In this document: piece by piece, positions 1 to 9,773 of the stretch | Numbering within the stretch: position 1 is the first letter of the stretch | How the letters are laid out: every line of letters starts with the position of its first letter | Origin: a virus | Taxonomy: Duplodnaviria; Caudoviricetes | Direction: 5' to 3' (one strand) | IMG/VR virus record: IMGVR_UViG_3300012916_000002 | Location: 908 to 64,907 of that record | DNA: 64,000 bases | The notes under the pieces: model-generated | What the model saw: only the letters and a program-made list of their open reading frames with translations | The model's database searches: none | Told to the model about the DNA's origin: nothing | Translations under genes and position numbers: made by a program

Positions 1-100
1 GTCGTGAAGGTCTCGTGGTGGATGACCCGGGTTCGCGTCGGCAAGAGCTCGATGATGCCGATGCCGACGAAGGCGAAGCCCGGGTCGATACCGATGATGA

Positions 101-430
101 TCACGCAGCGTCGGTAGCACTCGCCTGGGCCGCCGCTCCGCGTCGACCACGGCGGCGACGCGCCGGCGGCTCCGCGGGCTCGTCCTCGTCGGGGCCATTG
201 CCGCCGTCGTTCGCGCCGAACATGTCCGCTTGAGCGGGCACCCACGCCATGTGCGTGTCGACCTCTTCGGTGAGCTGCTTGATGGATTCGCGAAGCTGGA
301 TGAGCTCCTCGTTCCACTTGTTGTTGTGGGTCTTCTTCTTGTCGAGGAGCGCGAACCGCGCTGCCTCCTCGCTCGCGAGCTTCGCCGCGCGTTGCTCCCA
401 GTCTTCCTGAGACAACTCGACCTGCACCAT
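101..430 (-). CDS. hypothetical coiled-coil protein
   Basis: ORF 101..502; likely start ATG at 430 (MVQVELSQEDWEQR...), heptad-rich N-half, acidic/basic tail; follows dnaB. Confidence 0.6.
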   Translation of the reverse strand: MVQVELSQEDWEQRAAKLASEEAARFALLDKKKTHNNKWNEELIQLRESIKQLTEEVDTHMAWVPAQADMFGANDGGNGPDEDEPAEPPARRRRGRRGAAAQASATDAA

Positions 431-600
431 TCCCGTTCGTTCTTCAGCCACGTTGCGCCTCCCGTTGGTTGGAGCCTGCGAGGGTACGGGATCGGAACGC
501 ATCGCTGCAACGGGCGCGAGTGTCGCACATCACCGTGACCGATCCATGGATCAGATCCTCGATCGGATCCGATCCATCGTTTGCTGGCACGGAACGGCCC

Positions 601-2019
601 TCAGGAGCGCTCGCCGCTTTCGGGCTCGCCGTAGCGCGTCGGGCCCCACTCGAAGCCCGCCTGCGCGCCGTCCGTGAAGCGCACGCACCAGGGCTGCCAG
701 GTGACGCGCACGCTCCCCTTGCCCGCGTTCCGCCCCTTGCCGAGGATGAGCTCCGCGTCGCCCCGCTCGTCGCCCTCGGACTCGTCGCGGTGAACGAACA
801 GGACCTTGTCCGCGTCCTGCTCGAGCGCGCCCGAGCCGCGGAGATCCGTGAGCGACGGCCGCACGTTGCCGGCGGTCTTCGGCGGGCGGTTGAGTTGCGA
901 GAGCGCGACGACGGTCACGCGCAGCTCGCGCGCCAGGGTCTTGAGCGATCGACTGATGCGCTCGAGCTGGTCGTTCCGATTGCCCTCGCGCGAGTCGTCG
1001 CCCATGAGCTGCACGTAGTCGACGATGACGATGCCCGGGCGCGAGAGCGGGTGCTTCGTGCGGAGCGTGGCGAAGTGCTTCCGTGCCCGGGAGCGGAGCC
1101 GCGCCGGGGTGAGCGAGCTCACGTCGTCGATGAAGATCGGCAGGCGCCCGAGGTCACGCGCCGATGCCATCGCCCGATCGTAGTGCGCCATCGATAGCTC
1201 CCGCTTCTGAAGCGCCTTGTACGGCACCGCGCTCGCGGCCGAAATCATCCGCTCGCCGAGCTCCTCGCGGAGCATCTCGAGGCTGAAGAAGAGCGCGCTC
1301 TTCGCGCCCGTGCCGGCGACGGCCGAGGCCATTCCGAGCGCGAGCGCCGTCTTGCCGATGCCCGGGCGGGCCGCGATGTACCAGAGCTCGCCCGCACCGA
1401 AGCCGAGCGTGAGCTCGTCGAGCTCGGCGAAGCCCGTCGTGAGTCCGCGCGGCTCGCGCGGTCGACTCGGGTCGAGCGCCTGCACCGCGCCCGCCATCAC
1501 CTCCGCGAGATCGCTACCCGTCTCGCGATCGGATCCCATCGCGTTCGCCGCGAAGATCTCCGACTCGCAGCGCTCGATGAAGCCCGGCACATCCGCACGC
1601 GTCTCGACCGCGCGCGCCTGCACCGCGAGGTCGTGGAGCGTCGCGCCGACGCGGCGGAGGAGCGCGAGCTTCCGGATGATGCGCGCATGCTCGGCGACGT
1701 TCGCCACGCTCGGCGTCGCGTCGATGATGCCGTAGAGGAATGCCGAGCCGCCGATCTGCTGGAGCTTGCCCGTCGTCGTGAGGTGGTGGAGGAGCGTCAC
1801 GACGTCGACGGTGCGCGCCGTCGCGTCGAGCTCGAGCACCGCTTCGAAGAGCTGCCGGTGTTGGCCGTTGAAGAAGTCGTGCGGCTCGATGAGATCCCGC
1901 ACCTCGTCGAGCGCCGCCGGCGAGAGCGTGATCGCCGAGAGCACCGCCGCTTCCGCGCCGCCGTCGTAGTGCTGAAGCGAGCGCGGCTCGGAGCGCGGAG
2001 CGCGTGCCGCGTCAGCCAC
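601..2019 (-). CDS. dnaB: replicative DNA helicase, DnaB family
   Basis: N-terminal 'AEAAVLSAI..LIEPHDFF..QHRQLFEA', Walker A 'AARPGIGKT', 'VIVDYVQLM', 'LSQLNR', 'DLRGSGALEQDAD', 'KGRN'. Confidence 0.97.
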   Translation of the reverse strand: MADAARAPRSEPRSLQHYDGGAEAAVLSAITLSPAALDEVRDLIEPHDFFNGQHRQLFEAVLELDATARTVDVVTLLHHLTTTGKLQQIGGSAFLYGIIDATPSVANVAEHARIIRKLALLRRVGATLHDLAVQARAVETRADVPGFIERCESEIFAANAMGSDRETGSDLAEVMAGAVQALDPSRPREPRGLTTGFAELDELTLGFGAGELWYIAARPGIGKTALALGMASAVAGTGAKSALFFSLEMLREELGERMISAASAVPYKALQKRELSMAHYDRAMASARDLGRLPIFIDDVSSLTPARLRSRARKHFATLRTKHPLSRPGIVIVDYVQLMGDDSREGNRNDQLERISRSLKTLARELRVTVVALSQLNRPPKTAGNVRPSLTDLRGSGALEQDADKVLFVHRDESEGDERGDAELILGKGRNAGKGSVRVTWQPWCVRFTDGAQAGFEWGPTRYGEPESGERS

Positions 2020-3010
2020 TGAAGAGACCTCCGAGCGCCTGGTTGAAGCCCGCCGGCGGCGGCACGGGGTTCTTTACCGGCTCGTTCGCTTTGCGGAGCT
2101 GCTGCTGGTACTCGGCCCACTTCTCGTCACGCGGTTTGCGTGGCGTGAGCCCGCGGTCTTCAGCGCTTTTTCGGAGCCAGTTCCGAAGTGTCGCCTGCCA
2201 GTTCGATCGAACGATCGACTTGCTCAGCGCCCAGTCGATGCACTTGTCGGTCTCGAAGTCGCGCATCGCGTCGGTGAAGCCGAGCTCCCACGCCTTCGCG
2301 GCGGTGGTCGGGTCTGGCTTCAGGTCGGCGGGGCATGGCTGGTTGCGAGCTTCGGAGGGCTTCGAACGTTTGGAGCGTTTACCGCGCTCCGGCTCGCTTG
2401 TCGAGTGGGTTTCCCCCGAGGGGGGTAAGGGGGATCCGTTAGGATAAGCTAAGCTAGGATAGGCTAAGCTAGGAGTGACGGCGCGTGACGGTCCGTGATG
2501 CTCCGTGATTCCGCGTGACGGATCCGACACGGGCGGTGTCGGTGGCGACACGGGCCGTGATGGATCCGTCACGCGATCGGCGATATCCGGTTCTCGCGTG
2601 ACGCTCTTCGCGCGCGCGTCAATTGGTCCGACCTCCTGCTCGAGCAGCGTCTCACCATCCCCCGACCGGGCCTGGTCGCGACGTCGCTTCCGTAACTCCG
2701 CGGAGCGGAGGCGGTCGCTTTTGATCGCCGTCTGCCCTTCGACGAAGCGAGGCACGACGAGCCGAGCTCCGCGGATCTCGACCGTCTCGGTCTTCAGTAG
2801 GCGGTCGAGCCCGACGCGAACGAAGTCGAGCGGCGCACCGATTACGAGGGCCACGTCCTCGGCAGGCTCCGTCACGTCGTCGAGCACGCCCGCGCGATCG
2901 AGTTTCCGGATCAAGTGCATGAGCACCGTCTGCCCTTCGAAGCCGAGCTTGAGCCACGTCTTCGTGTCGCGCGTGTAGAGCCTGACATAGGGTTCGTCCT
3001 CGAAGTTCAT
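2012..3010 (-). CDS. phage replication initiator (lambda O-like) with C-terminal DnaT-like domain
   Basis: Directly upstream of dnaB (8-nt overlap); N-terminal wHTH-like region, low-complexity repeat linker 'PSLAYPSLAYP..SPLPPSGE', C-terminal 'WQATLRNWLRK'. Confidence 0.8.
   Translation of the reverse strand: MNFEDEPYVRLYTRDTKTWLKLGFEGQTVLMHLIRKLDRAGVLDDVTEPAEDVALVIGAPLDFVRVGLDRLLKTETVEIRGARLVVPRFVEGQTAIKSDRLRSAELRKRRRDQARSGDGETLLEQEVGPIDARAKSVTREPDIADRVTDPSRPVSPPTPPVSDPSRGITEHHGPSRAVTPSLAYPSLAYPNGSPLPPSGETHSTSEPERGKRSKRSKPSEARNQPCPADLKPDPTTAAKAWELGFTDAMRDFETDKCIDWALSKSIVRSNWQATLRNWLRKSAEDRGLTPRKPRDEKWAEYQQQLRKANEPVKNPVPPPAGFNQALGGLFSG
2441..2520. repeat. phased repeats inside initiator gene (candidate lytic origin)
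   Basis: AGGAT/AAGCT/AGGCT pentamer run 2441-2474, then five 10-bp-period units (consensus nnnCGTGAYG) 2471-2520. Confidence 0.65.
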
Positions 3011-3025
3011 CGAGCCCCTCGCATG

Positions 3026-3208
3026 TCAGTGCGCGTTGTCCGTGGCTGGCGCGAGCGGCGTGCTTTCTCCCGCTATCACGTCGATCTTGAAGCTCCTGAT
3101 GATGCGACGGATTGCCTCCGCGCGGCTCACGCTATCGCGCTCGGCGAGTGCGTCGACGATGCGGCGATCTCGGACGTCGAGATGCACCGGGAAAACTTTC
3201 TTAGCCAC
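3026..3208 (-). CDS. ribbon-helix-helix (CopG/Arc-like) regulator
   Basis: 60 aa; 'VFPVHLD..DRRIVDALAERDSVSRAEAIRRII' RHH pattern; GTG start with GGGAAGGG SD; first gene of replication operon. Confidence 0.75.
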   Translation of the reverse strand: MAKKVFPVHLDVRDRRIVDALAERDSVSRAEAIRRIIRSFKIDVIAGESTPLAPATDNAH

Positions 3209-3653
3209 GTTGAAATCCCTTCCCTGGGCTACGCCGACGGCGAGCCCCCGTTACCGGGAGCGGACGCGAGCGCGGCGCCTCGCCGCTCCTCGTCACCCGT
3301 TCCCATCGAGCACGAAGTCGCGCTCTAACGGAGCAAGATACAGTTCCGATCCAGACCATGCATCATTAATTTGAGCATCGGCTAGCATGTGCGAAAAGCC
3401 GCACTACGCTGCGGTTCATCGCAGCAACGATGAGAACGGCAGCCGGAAACGGCTGTCTCATGAAGCGCCCCCAAACGGGCCTACGATGTGCGCTCGCCAC
3501 TCACGAGCCGCACGAGCAGCGCAACCGGATCCGATCCATGGATCGCAAATCGACCTGCGTCATCGATGACTCATCTTCCGTTGTAGCGACGTGATCGGTA
3601 AACCTCGGCGTGTCATGAGTGCGACACGCCGACGCATCAGCGAGGCAAGCAAC

Positions 3654-4742
3654 ATGGCTGGACGAGGCGCCGTCACAGCTTTCGGAGACCACTGCGAGTG
3701 GACCGGAGCGAGTGCGGATTTCAGGGATTCATGGCTCATTTCACGCCGGCAAGGCATCGGCGGGAGCGATGTCGCGGCCGTGCTCGGACGGAGCCGGTGG
3801 AAGAGCGAGCTCGCTCTCTATGTCGAGAAGATTTCCGAGGCTCCGCCCGACGACGAGGCGAGCGAGATCGCAAACTGGGGCCGAATCTTCGAGCCCCAAA
3901 TCCTGAAGGAGTACGCCGGGCGCGTGAAGCGGCGCGTCGTGCGCGGCGGAAAGCTGATGCGCTCGAAGCGCTCGGCGCATCACCTCGTCACGCTCGACGG
4001 CGTGCAGCTCACCCGTCCGCCGCCGTGGGCGAAGGGCCCGGGCGTCGCCGAGGTCAAGACGACCGGCTACGGCGAGCGCTACGACGAAGACATCCCGATC
4101 GAGGTGCAGATCCAAATCCAGTGGGAGCTCTTCGTCACGGGCGCGAGCTGGGCGACGTGCATCTGGCTCCCCTTCCCCGAGCGAAAGCTTCAGTGGCTCG
4201 ACGTCGAGCCGAGCCCGAAGGTGCACGAGATGCTCGTCGAGCGCGTCGACCGGTTCTGGCAGCGCGTGCAACGGCGCGAGCCGCCGGACCCGGACGGCAG
4301 CGAGTCGAGCATGCTCGCGCTCCGCGCTCTCTACCCGGAGGACAACGACGAGGTCATCAAGATCATCGGCGCGACGAGCCTCGCCGACGAGTACGAGCGG
4401 AACCGGGCCGCGCTCAAGCTGCTCACCGAGCGCCAGGGCCTTCTCAAGAACAGCCTCGCGGCGACGATCCGGGAGGCGAAGTACGCGGTCCTCGAAGACG
4501 GGCGCTACTGGGGCACCGCCTACTACCAGGCACGCGAGAACCGCTGCCGGCACTGCGAGGCCGTGCTCTCGAAGGTCGAGCCCTACCGGACGTACACGCT
4601 CCGCGACGCGCGGAAGAAGCCATTCCCGGCCATCAGCGAGGCGCGGCAACTCGTCGGCTTCGACACCCTGACGATGCAGCTCAGCCAGTCGCTCGTCGGC
4701 CCGTCCGAGCCGAGCAACGAGACCGAGGAGGTGAGCGCGTGA
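3654..4742 (+). CDS. YqaJ-like viral recombinase (lambda-exonuclease family)
   Basis: 'WLISRRQGIGGSDVAAVLGRSRWKS', 'TLDG', 'EVKT', 'QIQWEL'; start could be 3615 or 3654. Confidence 0.92.
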   Translation: MAGRGAVTAFGDHCEWTGASADFRDSWLISRRQGIGGSDVAAVLGRSRWKSELALYVEKISEAPPDDEASEIANWGRIFEPQILKEYAGRVKRRVVRGGKLMRSKRSAHHLVTLDGVQLTRPPPWAKGPGVAEVKTTGYGERYDEDIPIEVQIQIQWELFVTGASWATCIWLPFPERKLQWLDVEPSPKVHEMLVERVDRFWQRVQRREPPDPDGSESSMLALRALYPEDNDEVIKIIGATSLADEYERNRAALKLLTERQGLLKNSLAATIREAKYAVLEDGRYWGTAYYQARENRCRHCEAVLSKVEPYRTYTLRDARKKPFPAISEARQLVGFDTLTMQLSQSLVGPSEPSNETEEVSA

Positions 4743-5086
4743 TCGCCAAAGCAATCGCCCTCCTCCACCGGTGGCTCGCGCACGACGACGAGAACCTCGA
4801 CGAGACGCTCGACGACGAGACCAACGACCTGCTGCTCGCCTACTCCGTGCCGCGCGCGGAGCTCGACCAGGCCGTGCTCGATGCCTGCGCGAAGCTCGAC
4901 CTACGCGTGCACCCGACGGGTCTCGTCACCTGCTACGGCGGCGGGCGCGAAGTCGAGTTGCTCGAGCACGCTCGCCGCCAGGCGAAGGCGAAGGCCGACG
5001 CGGCTCGGCGCGAGATGCTCTCGGTCGGGCCCGAGCTCCGGGAGCGGGCACGCGCCGCGCTCCGCCGATTGGAATCGCTCCGGTGA
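4739..5086 (+). CDS. hypothetical protein
   Basis: GTGA overlap with upstream stop; high-GC3 codons (VIAKAIALLHRW...). Confidence 0.65.
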   Translation: MIAKAIALLHRWLAHDDENLDETLDDETNDLLLAYSVPRAELDQAVLDACAKLDLRVHPTGLVTCYGGGREVELLEHARRQAKAKADAARREMLSVGPELRERARAALRRLESLR

Positions 5087-5445
5087 GTTGCCTCGGGGGG
5101 GGGCTGCTCGGGCTCGTCGATCGCCTACCGATCGACGAGCTCCCGGCGAGCTATCGAGCGCCGCTCCGCGCCTACGTCGAGCGCGGCGTCCTGCCCGATG
5201 GCACGCTTCGGCTCCTGCTCGAGGGTAACCTCGCGAGCGCCGTCGATCGGGCGCCGCCGGCCACGCTCCTCGATACGTGCGCCGTGAGCCGCTGGCTCCG
5301 CGAGCACCTGCCCGCGTCGTGCCATGGCTGCCGCGATCAGGTTCAGCTCTGGATCGTCTACGTGCGCCGCGCCCGCGGTCGCGCGCTGCTCGCATCATTC
5401 GACGGAGGCCACGATGGGGATGCCGCGCCAGAAGCCGCACCGTAG
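5083..5445 (+). CDS. hypothetical phage protein
   Basis: GTGA overlap; 'YVERGVLPDG.LRLLLEGNL..AV...WL....P..CHG' pattern typical of small phage proteins. Confidence 0.6.
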   Translation: MSCLGGGLLGLVDRLPIDELPASYRAPLRAYVERGVLPDGTLRLLLEGNLASAVDRAPPATLLDTCAVSRWLREHLPASCHGCRDQVQLWIVYVRRARGRALLASFDGGHDGDAAPEAAP

Positions 5446-5983
5446 CCGGCAGGACTACGGGACACCGCCCGAGCTCTTCGCCGCTATCGAGCGGCGCTTC
5501 GGCACCGCGACCTGGGATGTCGCGGCAACCGCCGACAACACGCTCGTCGCCGACCGCTTCTTCTCGGTCGGCGGGATCGACGCGCTCACCGATGACTGGT
5601 CGCTCCGCTTCACGCGGCGCGATCTGCTCTTCCTCAATCCGGAGTTCGGCGGCATCGGCCCGACGTGGGCGCCGCTCGTCGCGCGCTGGACGCGCAAGCT
5701 CCCGTGGCTCCGCGTCATCATGCTCACGCCGGCAAGTATCGGGAGCGAGTGGTTCCAGCGGTTCGTGCATCGGAAGGCGATGGTGCTCGGGCTCTCCCCT
5801 CGCCTGCACTTCGTCGGCGCCGATGACCCGTACCCGAAGGATTGCATGCTGAGCTGCTTCGGCTTCGGCGTGACGGGCTTCGACGTCTGGCGCTGGGATG
5901 AGGACCTCGCCGCGCCGCCGCTGCCAACCGTGAAGCGGGCCGCAAAGCGCGTGCTCTCAACGGTACAATCCGTGCCGATCTAG
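5414..5983 (+). CDS. phage N6-adenine DNA methyltransferase (phage Dam-like family)
   Basis: 'QDYGTPPELF..IERRFG...DVAA...N', 'DALT.DW', motif IV variant 'FLNPEF', 'TPAS..SEWF'; GGAGG SD before ATG 5414. Confidence 0.85.
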   Translation: MGMPRQKPHRSRQDYGTPPELFAAIERRFGTATWDVAATADNTLVADRFFSVGGIDALTDDWSLRFTRRDLLFLNPEFGGIGPTWAPLVARWTRKLPWLRVIMLTPASIGSEWFQRFVHRKAMVLGLSPRLHFVGADDPYPKDCMLSCFGFGVTGFDVWRWDEDLAAPPLPTVKRAAKRVLSTVQSVPI

Positions 5984-6131
5984 GCTGCATTTTCCTCGGC
6001 GCCGGGCACCTTCCGCGGTGCCTCGACGCCCGGGATTTGATAGGATAGACGCGACCGAGACCACCCTTCCGGAGGCCGAACCTTCGTTCGCCTCGACGGG
6101 AGCGGTGCACCATCACGAAAGGTTTGCCCCC

Positions 6132-7316
6132 ATGGCAGCACGTAGAACCCAGGCCCAGCAACAGCCCAGCGTGCGCGAGCACCGAGCGCCGCAGGAATCG
6201 CAGTACGCGGAGCAGCGCCCGCGAAGCCGCGTCGATGAATTGCTCGACGAGGACCCGAAGGTCGAGATCGTCTCCGTCGATTCGCCCGCGCTTGAAGCCA
6301 TCACGAAGAGCGAGGTGCTCATGCAGCTCGACGCCGCGCACAAGTACCCGCGCAACATCGCCCTCTTCATGAAGAACACGACCACGCTCGTCACGCTCAG
6401 CAAGGCGACCGCCCAGAGCTGCATCTACGCGCTCCCGCGCATGGACAAGGGCGAGAAAAAGTTCATCACGGGGCCGAGCATTCGGCTCGCGGAGATGGCC
6501 GCGTCGTCCTGGAAGAACCTGCACCTCGGCTCGCGCATCATCGACACGGGCAGGCTCGACGTCACCGCCCAGGGCGTCAGCTGGGATCTCGAAAGCAACA
6601 ACCGCATCTCCGTCGAGATAAAGCGCGGCATCGTCAGCAAGGGCAGCCGCTATAGCGACGACATGATCCGCGTGACGCAGCAGGCGGCGATCTCGATCGC
6701 GCTTCGGAACGCGATCTTCCGCACCATCCCGAAGGCGCTGATCGACGTGCTCTATGATGCGGCGGCAGCGACGGCGACGGGTGTCGACGACGGCACGTTC
6801 AAGACTGACCGCGACAAGCTCATCGGTTGGTTCAAGCATAAGCACGGCGTCGCGCCCGAGAAGCTCTACGCGACGCTCGGCGTCGCGAATCTCGAGGCCA
6901 TCGAGAAGGAGCATCTCGAAGTCATGATCGGCTGGGCCAACGCGGTGAAGGCCGGCGAGCTCAGCGTCGCCGAGATCTTCGACTCGCCCGTCGGGCGCTC
7001 CGCTCCCGGCGCTCGGAAGAGTAGCGGGCAGGCGCTCAACGACTTGGCCGACGAGCACCAGTCGACGAAGAAGAGTCAGCCGCCGCCCGCGAACGACGGC
7101 CAGCTCACGGCCGCGCAGGTGCATGCCGCGCTCGCCGATGTCGACGACGACTGGGAGCCCGCGCACCGGCTCGATATCATCAAGGCGTGGTCGCCTGCCG
7201 AGCAGCGCATCGCCTACGACTGGGCGCTCGCCTTCGCCGCGACGCCGGAGAACGAGGGCCCACCGGAGCAACCCGAGTTTACTCTGCTCGCGCGCGAGCC
7301 CGGGAGCGACGGGTGA
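6132..7316 (+). CDS. putative single-strand annealing/recombination protein
   Basis: Conserved phage core 'AHKYPRN..CIYALPR...GPSIRLAE..W.N...DLE.N..YS.DMI..AAISIALRNAIF'; same operon as YqaJ exonuclease; function inferred from context. Confidence 0.55.
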   Translation: MAARRTQAQQQPSVREHRAPQESQYAEQRPRSRVDELLDEDPKVEIVSVDSPALEAITKSEVLMQLDAAHKYPRNIALFMKNTTTLVTLSKATAQSCIYALPRMDKGEKKFITGPSIRLAEMAASSWKNLHLGSRIIDTGRLDVTAQGVSWDLESNNRISVEIKRGIVSKGSRYSDDMIRVTQQAAISIALRNAIFRTIPKALIDVLYDAAAATATGVDDGTFKTDRDKLIGWFKHKHGVAPEKLYATLGVANLEAIEKEHLEVMIGWANAVKAGELSVAEIFDSPVGRSAPGARKSSGQALNDLADEHQSTKKSQPPPANDGQLTAAQVHAALADVDDDWEPAHRLDIIKAWSPAEQRIAYDWALAFAATPENEGPPEQPEFTLLAREPGSDG

Positions 7317-7999
7317 TGGCGACCGAGAAGAAGAGCCTGCACGCCGAGTGCCTCATGCTCGCGCTCAACGTTGATAGTCACGAGTCCGACCTGTACATCG
7401 AGGACACACCGGCTGCGCGCAAGCTAGTGACGTTTCACGGGCACGAGATAAAGTCATTCATCAGCCCGATCGACGGCAAATCGTGGCTTGACGTACCGTT
7501 CGCATATGAGCCCTTCTGGGAGAAGCCTCCACGCATGATGCCCGGGCAAGAGCCCTACTCACCCGCCGAGCAGGCGAAGATCGACAAGCTCATCGGCGGC
7601 GCGGCTGAGGCTGCCGAGGCGTTCGGCGAGGACGAGCTCGAATGGCAAGCGCGCCGGCCGCCGCCCGGCGCGGAGAAGTGGCTCGCGGCGTGCTTCATGC
7701 GGGCCATCGAGGCTATCCGAGCGACCGACGCCGGTCGCGACCGCGACTCGAAAGCGCGAGCCTTCGCGCTCGTCGGCGCGATCGAGGGCGCGGCGAAGCT
7801 CACGAGTGAGCAGACGGGCAAGGTCAATCACTTCCTCTGGCCCGATCGCTACGACGAGCACGGGCAGGAACGGAAAGACGCGGACCCGCCGCCGAACTGC
7901 TCGATCTGCGGTCGACCGAAGGTGCGCTTTACCGCCGGGTCAATCACCGGACCGTGGATGTGCATTACACACACTAGAGAGGAGTCGCGCGATGGCTGA
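7316..7999 (+). CDS. hypothetical protein
   Basis: TGATG coupling; N-terminal 'DSHESDLY..IDGKSWLDVPFAYEPFW'; C-terminal CxxC..C..H. Confidence 0.7.
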   Translation: MATEKKSLHAECLMLALNVDSHESDLYIEDTPAARKLVTFHGHEIKSFISPIDGKSWLDVPFAYEPFWEKPPRMMPGQEPYSPAEQAKIDKLIGGAAEAAEAFGEDELEWQARRPPPGAEKWLAACFMRAIEAIRATDAGRDRDSKARAFALVGAIEGAAKLTSEQTGKVNHFLWPDRYDEHGQERKDADPPPNCSICGRPKVRFTAGSITGPWMCITHTREESRDG

Positions 8000-8687
8000 C
8001 GTTGTCCACATCCTCCATGAAGGCTGGTCGCTCTGCGGCAAGCCGGGCGTTCCGGGCGACTGGGGCCCGGGCCACAAGTGGGTGGCCCGCGACACCGATG
8101 CGCACGGCGAGCGCACGCAGGCGAGTTGCCCGGGCTGTCTCCGCGGGTATCAGGTCTGGAAGACGGACCCGGACCGCCTGCGCGAGTACGTCGACGCGCA
8201 GCGCGCGGCGCAGGCGGGCACCGAGACCGAACCTCCAGGCGAGTTCGAGCTTGGGTACGCTGCGGGATGGTTGCAGGGTCAGCGAGACGCGCCGGGTTAT
8301 CTCGAGCAGACCCGGGCGTCACCGGAGAAGCTCGCGCTGAGCGGGCTCTTCGCCGCCGAAGGGCGAGAGCTTCTCCGGGCGCTCTTCGCCTGGCGCGGGC
8401 AAGGCTCGATCACGCGCTGGCAAACGAAGCCGAGCCGGAAGCTCGCTCACCTCGTGGACCGGCTCGCGCGCGAGTATCCCGGCACGACGGCGGACCTTCA
8501 AATGGCCGGCAACGATGACGCGATCGAGAGCGTGCTCGCAGCAGAGCAGGCGCGGGCCACGCCGAAGGGCCGCGCGCGCGAGCTGGTGCGCGTCCGCGAC
8601 GAGCTGCGCTCGCTCGCAGAGCTCGTCGACTCTATCGCCGAGCACGCGGTGGACGCGGCAGAAGACGCCGAGGCCGAGTCGCGCTAG
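7992..8687 (+). CDS. hypothetical protein
   Basis: ATG 7992 after GGAG SD; last gene of + operon; Cys/His N-terminus, coiled-coil C-terminus. Confidence 0.65.
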   Translation: MADVVHILHEGWSLCGKPGVPGDWGPGHKWVARDTDAHGERTQASCPGCLRGYQVWKTDPDRLREYVDAQRAAQAGTETEPPGEFELGYAAGWLQGQRDAPGYLEQTRASPEKLALSGLFAAEGRELLRALFAWRGQGSITRWQTKPSRKLAHLVDRLAREYPGTTADLQMAGNDDAIESVLAAEQARATPKGRARELVRVRDELRSLAELVDSIAEHAVDAAEDAEAESR

Positions 8688-8814
8688 GCTACGGGTCTTC
8701 CGTCCTTGGGAGCGAACCGCCACCCCTCGAGCGCTGGTCCGAACGGAAGGAGTTGATCTGTCTCGGTCTCCTCCTGGAGTTCGGCCCGGCCTTCGGGGGG
8801 TGGCGGGGGGATTA

Positions 8815-8836
8815 GGGCCCGAGGTACCTCGGGCCC
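8815..8836. repeat. 22-bp perfect palindrome GGGCCCGAGGTACCTCGGGCCC
   Basis: Read directly; no loop; 17 bp beyond the stop of the RHH partition gene. Confidence 0.9.
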
Positions 8837-8852
8837 GCGGGGCTTCGGGACT

Positions 8853-9065
8853 TTAGGCCTTGCGCTCGATGGCTTCGAAGTGCGCTTCGAGAAGCTCGAC
8901 CATCAGCGCTCCGATCGAGATGCCGCGGCCGAGGCAATACACGCGGACCTTGTGGTGCAAGCTCGCCGGGATGTCACCGTGCAAGCGCTTCTCGCCGACC
9001 GGCGCCGGCTCCTCGCGCTGGCGCTTGGCTCGCTCGCGGCTTGGTTTTGACGTGAGACTGACCAT
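8853..9065 (-). CDS. ParG-like ribbon-helix-helix centromere-binding protein
   Basis: 70 aa; flexible basic N-tail then 'KRLHGDIPASLHHKVRVYCLGRGISIGALMVELLE'; downstream of and overlapping parA; GAGG SD. Confidence 0.8.
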   Translation of the reverse strand: MVSLTSKPSRERAKRQREEPAPVGEKRLHGDIPASLHHKVRVYCLGRGISIGALMVELLEAHFEAIERKA

Positions 9066-9741
9066 GGATACCTCGCTTTAGTTTGCGCCATAGGCGCTCG
9101 AATTCGTTCGCCGCGGTCGCAGCCGTCGGCAGGGTGATAGCGGCTTCGCCGATCTCCATGGCTTCGGCGATCGCGACGCGCTGGTGGATGATACCGAGCA
9201 GTTCGCCGGCGCGCGGGTTCTTCCGGAGCTCGGCCTCGGCGCGCGCGAGTAACCGGGTGCCGATGCCGGCGCGAGAGAGCACGAACGCGCGCTTGACCGG
9301 GCGCCGCCCGTGTTGCTCTCGGATCGCGTCCGCGGAGTCGAGTAGCTCGATGGTCTCGGGCACCGCCCAGAAGCTCGCGGCGAACGGCTCGAGCGGGATG
9401 ATGGCGACGTCGGCCGCGACGGCGGCCGCTAGCGTCACGTCGCCGAGCCGCGGCGGCCCGTCGAGAAGAACGACGTCGTAGCCGCGGCTCATCTTCGGGA
9501 TCTGCGCGGCGATGCCGAGCGCCGTGTCGGCCTTGCGCGAGACGGCCTGAACGACCGCGATGCCCTCGCATCGCGAGCCCGGGGCGCGCTCGACGACGCT
9601 CCACTCGAAGGCCGTCCCTTGTCGATCCATGTCGATGATGAGCGCGCTAAGACCCGCGACGTGCGCGCACGCGGCGAGGTTGATGGCGATCGTCGTCTTG
9701 CCGACGCCGCCCTTTTGCTGGACCACGGCGAACGTCATCAT
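8974..9741 (-). CDS. parA: ParA partition ATPase (type Ib, short form)
   Basis: Deviant Walker A 'QKGGVGKTT', 'IIDMDRQG', 'VVLLDGPP', 'AIIPLEP'; no N-terminal HTH. Confidence 0.95.
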   Translation of the reverse strand: MMTFAVVQQKGGVGKTTIAINLAACAHVAGLSALIIDMDRQGTAFEWSVVERAPGSRCEGIAVVQAVSRKADTALGIAAQIPKMSRGYDVVLLDGPPRLGDVTLAAAVAADVAIIPLEPFAASFWAVPETIELLDSADAIREQHGRRPVKRAFVLSRAGIGTRLLARAEAELRKNPRAGELLGIIHQRVAIAEAMEIGEAAITLPTAATAANEFERLWRKLKRGIHGQSHVKTKPRASQAPARGAGAGRREALAR

Positions 9742-9773
9742 GTGGCGCTCCGGGTTTGGGGGGTGGGGGAGAA

